Assembly (NCBI RefSeq): GCF_000039765.1
Contig: NC_004460.2
Coordinates: 30,001-62,000, forward strand
DNA from: Vibrio vulnificus CMCP6
GTDB taxonomy: Bacteria > Pseudomonadota > Gammaproteobacteria > Enterobacterales > Vibrionaceae
Direction of reading: 5' to 3'
DNA: 32,000 nucleotides
Shown: positions 27,565-32,000 of the stretch, piece after piece
How positions within the stretch are numbered: position 1 is the stretch's first letter
How the letters are laid out: every line of letters begins with the position of its first letter
Notes under the pieces: model-generated
Seen by the model: the letters and a program-made list of their open reading frames with translations, nothing else
Database searches by the model: none
What the model was told of the DNA's origin: nothing
Made by a program: the position numbers and the translations under genes

Positions 27565-29010
27565 ATGTTAGGAGCCGATGGTTTAAACCTTGCCTTAATG
27601 ATAGCAGACTCAGGGATTGTTGAGTCTGCGGTGAACGATCTGATGGCACGCTCACAGTTAATGGTGATGGCGGAAAACCGAGGAGTGAAAGCCTCGGTGA
27701 AAAACCATTTGTCCAAATGGCGTGGCAGTGTAAAGCGCCGCATTACCAAAGTGTGTGAAACAGAACGCTTCCAACAAGAATTGTCGCTCTATCAAGAAGT
27801 GATTCACCTGACGGAAAATGAGTTTTTCGAACGTATTGATGATGTCGTGCGTAAGTTGGAATGGCATTCCGCCTTCTATCTACAAGCAAGACGTTTGCTC
27901 GACAAAAACAAAGGGTTAAATAACCCAATGTTTCCTCACTATTTCTGCGATCAGTGGTATCAAAGTCTGTTTGAAGCCATCAAACAAGCCCAGGTGACTG
28001 AACTGGAAGTCAATAAAGAGAAAGTCCTCACCGATCTTTATCAACGCATGGAAACCATGAAGAACATGGACAAAGTGACGGATTCTGGTGATGAAGGAAG
28101 CGTTGGGCGACTTTGGGACATGGCATCGGCCAAGCTCAGTAAAACAGACGTTTCTGTCATGAAGCGTTACGCTGAGTTTCTGAAAAAGAACAATGGATTA
28201 CAGGAAATTGCTGAGCAGTTAGGTCGCATGGCCAACGAAGTGGATGATCCCGATCTACAACGCACTCCGGCAGAAGAGTTGCAGATGGTCGAGGAGAAAA
28301 GCGACGAAGCGACGGATGATATCGTCGGCATCCATGAAAGTGATGATCTCAACAAATTGCTGCCAAACGAAACCATGTTTTTGGCCTACCCAGAACTGGA
28401 AGTGGTGTTCTACAAACATTTGGCTGACAAACGTTTGATGAATTATCGCGTGCAGGGCAAGTCGAGAACGCTGCGCAAGGTAAGAGCGCAAAAGCCGGAT
28501 AATCAGCAAGTAGAGATTGAGAAAGGGCCGTTTGTGCTGTGCGTTGACGCGTCGGGTTCGATGAGTGGTTTCCCTGAGCAGAGTGCCAAAGCAATGGCTT
28601 ACGCGCTGATGCAGATTGCGTTAGCTGAAGGGCGTGACTGCTATGTCATGTTATTCTCAACAGAGCAAATTACTTACGAGCTGACCAAGCAAGATGGCCT
28701 GCGTGAAGCGGCGGATTTTCTCACCTATACATTTCACGGCGGCACGGCATTTGAACCTGTACTGATGAAATCGATCGAACTCATGAGCGGGGATAAATAC
28801 CGTAATGCAGATTTGGTGGTGTTATCGGATTTTATTGCTCCTAGACAGTCAGAAGAAATGCTGGCTAAAGTAGAGGCTTTGAAAGAGCAAAAGAACCGTT
28901 TCCACGCCGTAAGTTTGTCGAAATATGGTAACCCTGCGTTGATGTCGATGTTCGACCATTGTTGGGCTTATCACCCAGGCCTAGTTGGACGCTTATTGAA
29001 AAAGTGGTAA
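27565..29010 (+). CDS. viaA: ViaA, VWA-domain partner of RavA
   Basis: It starts 9 nt after the ravA stop. The C-terminal VWA domain has a MIDAS motif (CVDASGSMSG), and the size of 481 aa fits. Confidence 0.9.
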   Translation: MLGADGLNLALMIADSGIVESAVNDLMARSQLMVMAENRGVKASVKNHLSKWRGSVKRRITKVCETERFQQELSLYQEVIHLTENEFFERIDDVVRKLEWHSAFYLQARRLLDKNKGLNNPMFPHYFCDQWYQSLFEAIKQAQVTELEVNKEKVLTDLYQRMETMKNMDKVTDSGDEGSVGRLWDMASAKLSKTDVSVMKRYAEFLKKNNGLQEIAEQLGRMANEVDDPDLQRTPAEELQMVEEKSDEATDDIVGIHESDDLNKLLPNETMFLAYPELEVVFYKHLADKRLMNYRVQGKSRTLRKVRAQKPDNQQVEIEKGPFVLCVDASGSMSGFPEQSAKAMAYALMQIALAEGRDCYVMLFSTEQITYELTKQDGLREAADFLTYTFHGGTAFEPVLMKSIELMSGDKYRNADLVVLSDFIAPRQSEEMLAKVEALKEQKNRFHAVSLSKYGNPALMSMFDHCWAYHPGLVGRLLKKW

Positions 29011-29016
29011 ACGAAG

Positions 29017-29040
29017 AAGAGCTCCTCGAGCTCTTTTTTT
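29017..29040 (+). terminator. Rho-independent terminator of ravA-viaA
   Basis: AAGAGCTC-CTC-GAGCTCTT stem running into T7. Confidence 0.8.
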
Positions 29041-29135
29041 GTGCCGTTTCACAATCTTGCATGTCGTGATTTAACTTCAACTTAAGCCGTGGCATGGTAA
29101 GTACAATGTAAGCCATAAAAACGGTTGAAGGATTG

Positions 29136-29480
29136 ATGATGACCACCAAAGAACTTGAAGCCTACCTTGATACTTTTGTTTGCGCAGAAAGCAGCTTTCC
29201 ATTTGGCCCGGAAGCCTTAGTCTTTAAGGTCAAAGACAAAATGTTTGCGATTCTAGCCAGCCGAGAAGGGCGAGAATACATTACACTTAAAGCGAAGCCC
29301 GAAGATGGCGAAGTGTTAACGTCTCAGTTTGAATCCATCACACCGGGTTACCACACCAATAAGCGCCACTGGATCACTGTGTACTTAAATGGCGATGTGG
29401 AATCGGGTTTGATTGAAGATTTGTGCCAACGTTCATATCAATTGGTGGTGGACAAGCTGCCTAAGTCGCAGCGTCCTTAA
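29136..29480 (+). CDS. MmcQ/YjbR-family protein
   Basis: About 114 aa with the family pattern (FPFGPEALVFKV.DKMFA...ITLK...ITPGYHTNKRHWITVYLNG). GAAGGA lies upstream. Start is ATG 29136 or 29139. Confidence 0.75.
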   Translation: MMTTKELEAYLDTFVCAESSFPFGPEALVFKVKDKMFAILASREGREYITLKAKPEDGEVLTSQFESITPGYHTNKRHWITVYLNGDVESGLIEDLCQRSYQLVVDKLPKSQRP

Positions 29481-29516
29481 ATCAAGTGATGCAATAAGAC
29501 TATTGGGGGTAAGGGG

Positions 29517-29954
29517 ATGCGCTCATTAGAACAATGGCTGGATGCCTACGGTGAAAGTCATCAAAATTCGACCAATCAAAAAATCCATACCTTTGCTGTG
29601 CCGGGGATTTTCTTTTCGATCGTAGCGCTGATTTGGTCGCTGCCTTCGCTTCCTCTGCCTGTTCTGTCGCTGAACTGGGTCTGGGTTGCCGCTTTGCCAG
29701 TTTGGTGGTTCTACTATCGGCTGTCGCTTAGTGTTTTTTTGATGATGCTGGGTTATACCCTTGCCAGTATCGCGCTCGCTTGGAGTGTTGAACTGTTGGG
29801 GCTGCCCTTAACTGAGATGGCTGTTGGTCTTTTTGTTGTCTTGTGGATTTTTCAGTTTGTCGGCCACAAGATTGAAGGGAAAAAGCCTTCGTTTTTTGAG
29901 GACCTGAAGTTTTTGCTGATTGGTCCGGTTTGGGTGTTTATGCGTCATAAATAA
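29517..29954 (+). CDS. DUF962 (Mpo1/YGL010w-like) membrane protein
   Basis: 145 aa with the conserved HQNSTNQKIHTFAVPG and QFVGHKIEGKKPSFFEDL motifs. Confidence 0.75.
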   Translation: MRSLEQWLDAYGESHQNSTNQKIHTFAVPGIFFSIVALIWSLPSLPLPVLSLNWVWVAALPVWWFYYRLSLSVFLMMLGYTLASIALAWSVELLGLPLTEMAVGLFVVLWIFQFVGHKIEGKKPSFFEDLKFLLIGPVWVFMRHK

Positions 29955-29966
29955 TGGCGCATAAAC
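29936..29966. terminator. Hairpin between convergent genes (weak terminator candidate)
   Basis: GTTTATGCG / CGCATAAAC 9-bp stem with a 13-nt loop spanning the DUF962 stop codon. There is no clear U-tract. Confidence 0.3.
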
Positions 29967-29986
29967 AGATTCTCTTATAGAAGGCT

Positions 29987-30607
29987 TTAGCTGAAAAACA
30001 ACCAGATACCGACGCCAATCATCAAACTACCAGCAATTCGGTTCAAGCGACGCACGTTTTGTGATTGACCAAGCAAGCGTTTCAAACCTTTACCACCAGT
30101 GGCGTAGAGCGTCATACACACAAACTCTGAAATCAGAATAATTCCGACCAGCAGAAAAAGCTGTGGTGGTAGTGGCGCGCTTTTGTCGATAAAAGGGGGT
30201 AAGAGAGAAATCATAAATGCCCAGCCTTTCGGATTGGCAATGGCAGTAATGAACCCTTGCATAATCAATTGCCAATTATTCGCGCGGCTGACAGGGCCTG
30301 TTTCAGCAGAAAGAGACAGCTTTCCACGAGAGCGCCACATTTGGATGCCTAAGTAAACCAAATAGGTCGCGCCCAATATTTTGAAACTAATGAACAGCAT
30401 AGGGTAATTGAGCATAACGGCGGCAATACCGACGACCGCTGCAACGGAAACAACCGCAACACCAACCAGCTCTCCGAGCATCATCCAAAGTGTGCGTTTA
30501 TATCCAATGCTCATACCAAGGGTTAAGGCTAAAGTCATACACATCCCCGGGGTGATAGAGACAAAGAAAAAGGTTGGGATGAAAGCAGAAAGTAGCGCGA
30601 AGTTCAT
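29987..30607 (-). CDS. LysE/RhtB-family amino-acid exporter
   Basis: About 206 aa from ATG 30607 (MNFALLSAFIPTFFFVSITPGMCMTLAL...), with six hydrophobic segments and a typical ...NPKGWAF... motif. Confidence 0.8.
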   Translation of the reverse strand: MNFALLSAFIPTFFFVSITPGMCMTLALTLGMSIGYKRTLWMMLGELVGVAVVSVAAVVGIAAVMLNYPMLFISFKILGATYLVYLGIQMWRSRGKLSLSAETGPVSRANNWQLIMQGFITAIANPKGWAFMISLLPPFIDKSAPLPPQLFLLVGIILISEFVCMTLYATGGKGLKRLLGQSQNVRRLNRIAGSLMIGVGIWLFFS

Positions 30608-30817
30608 GGAGCGAAAATGCCTCACAATATGGGACAAAAGTAACGTAAAGATACAATTACTAACAAATAACTCTGCATAGCATACTCAATTCGTGACATT
30701 TGTCGAAATGTATTTGTGACTAATCACGCTGTTTTCTTTCCCCATTCCACTTCGAAAACGATCTCAATCACACATTGATACAAAGGCGATAGAAAATTTT
30801 CATTCGCGTTCTATTAT

Positions 30818-30839
30818 CTCATCGAAACGTTTCGATGAG
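30818..30839. promoter_or_regulatory. RbsR (LacI-family) operator upstream of rbsD
   Basis: Perfect 22-bp palindrome CTCATCGAAACGTTTCGATGAG. Its core CGAAACGTTTCG matches the E. coli rbs operator core as recalled. It lies about 50 nt upstream of the rbsD ATG. Confidence 0.8.
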
Positions 30840-30890
30840 ATTTTTTCTCTAACGCGAATCGATAGAGTTCACCCAAATTGAGAAACAAAA

Positions 30891-31310
30891 ATGAAAAAAA
30901 GTGCCCTGCTAAACTCTGAACTTTCCTACCTCGTGGCCACCTTAGGTCACACGGACGAGATCACGATTTGTGATGCTGGTTTGCCGATCCCAGATGGCGT
31001 CTCTCGCATTGATTTGGCGTTGACTCACGGTGTGCCAAGTTTTATTGAAACCGTACGAGTGATGCTCTCTGAATCGCAAATCGAAGGGGCAATTGTGGCC
31101 ACGGAGTTTGCAGAGGTAAGCCCTGAGCTTTATCAGGCATTAGTGGCTGAGCTTCAATGTGAAGAAGAAAAAACAGGCAAAGTGTTGTCACTGACGCATG
31201 TTTCTCACGAAGAGTTCAAGCAACGTACGGAGTCGAGCAAAGCGGTGGTGCGCACCGGTGAATGCACCCCTTACGCCAATGTGATTTTTCAAGCTGGCGT
31301 TGTGTTCTAA
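30891..31310 (+). CDS. rbsD: D-ribose pyranase
   Basis: 139 aa. MKKSALLNSELSYLVATLGHTDEITICDAGLPIP is the canonical RbsD N-terminus. Confidence 0.92.
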   Translation: MKKSALLNSELSYLVATLGHTDEITICDAGLPIPDGVSRIDLALTHGVPSFIETVRVMLSESQIEGAIVATEFAEVSPELYQALVAELQCEEEKTGKVLSLTHVSHEEFKQRTESSKAVVRTGECTPYANVIFQAGVVF

Positions 31311-31353
31311 CCCATTGACAGGTTTCACCAAGTTAGGTGGTTGAGGAGAGAGT

Positions 31354-32000
31354 ATGAACCAAGCGATTTTACAGCTCAGTGAAATTGAAAAAGCATTTCC
31401 TGGCGTGAAGGCGTTAGATAAGGCCTCGCTCAATGTCTACCCAGGAAGAGTGATGGCTTTAATGGGAGAAAATGGAGCAGGAAAATCCACCTTGATGAAA
31501 GTGCTTACCGGTATCTATTCACGAGACGCAGGTGAGATAGTTTATCAAGGTCAATCAGCGCAGTTCAAAGGGCCAAGAGATTCACAACAAGCTGGTATCA
31601 GCATTATTCACCAAGAACTAAACCTTATTCGTGAACTGACCATCGCAGAGAACATTTTTCTTGGTCGAGAGATTACCTCGGCGTTTGGGCGTATTGATTG
31701 GCCCCAAATGTACGCGGAAGCGGACAAACTGCTCGCGCGCTTGAAAGTGAAGCACAGCTCAAAGACGTTACTTGGTCAGTTAAGTCTGGGTGAGCAGCAG
31801 ATGGTGGAAATCGCTAAAGCGCTCTCTTTTGAGTCCAAAGTCATCATCATGGATGAACCAACAGACGCCTTGACGGACACCGAAACAGAGGCGCTGTTTT
31901 CGGTTATTCGAGAGCTGAGAGAGCAGGGGTGTGGCATTGTTTACATCTCCCACCGTTTGAAAGAGATCTTCGAAATTTGTGATGACATCACGGTGTTGCG
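31354..32000 (+). CDS. rbsA: Ribose ABC transporter ATP-binding protein, N-terminal part (3' end outside the window)
   Basis: GAGGAGAG lies upstream of ATG 31354. Contains Walker [10 protein letters not shown], the [15 protein letters not shown] signature and Walker B IIIMDEPT. The ORF is open to the window end. Confidence 0.9.
   Translation, partial: MNQAILQLSEIEKAFPGVKALDKASLNVYPGRVMALMGENGAGKSTLMKVLTGIYSRDAGEIVYQGQSAQFKGPRDSQQAGISIIHQELNLIRELTIAENIFLGREITSAFGRIDWPQMYAEADKLLARLKVKHSSKTLLGQLSLGEQQMVEIAKALSFESKVIIMDEPTDALTDTETEALFSVIRELREQGCGIVYISHRLKEIFEICDDITVL

Noticed and set aside
1-32000. Search for CRISPR arrays, integron attC/VCR repeats, IS elements, prophage or defence-system genes
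   Set aside because: I saw no direct-repeat arrays, no transposase, integrase or recombinase-like ORFs, and no nuclease, helicase or methylase clusters. RavA-ViaA is the canonical housekeeping MoxR-VWA pair, not a defence variant.

Overview
The window looks like chromosomal DNA from a Vibrio species. The evidence is a GbpA orthologue (clearly related to, but diverged from, the V. cholerae protein as I recall it), RavA-ViaA, the start of rbsDA, RarD and LtaE. It is dense with housekeeping and accessory metabolic, transport and signalling genes. I saw no transposase, integrase, CRISPR array, integron repeat or recognisable defence-island genes. The most informative content is non-coding and invisible to the ORF track. 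(1) A complete Qrr quorum-regulatory sRNA gene lies at about 18480-18588 (+), with a sigma-54 -24/-12 promoter and two upstream LuxO-type TTGCA-N3-TGCAA sites. (2) A GEMM-I (c-di-GMP-I) riboswitch aptamer lies at about 15878-15972 (-) in the gbpA leader. Other notable points follow. Two adjacent genes, a PrpA/lambda-type Ser/Thr phosphatase and a TauE/SafE exporter, are each broken by a single-base frameshift. A self-contained promoter, 33-codon hydrophobic ORF and terminator unit sits at 6897-7178. A secreted M4 metalloprotease is divergently paired with a degenerate M16-like protein that lacks HxxEH. A single-domain PilZ gene sits behind a perfect 17-bp palindrome. A textbook RbsR operator precedes rbsD. 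I did not find a convincing new multi-gene system, and the under-characterised modules are flagged as hypotheses only. All calls rest on reading the sequence and on recalled family motifs. No database search was run.
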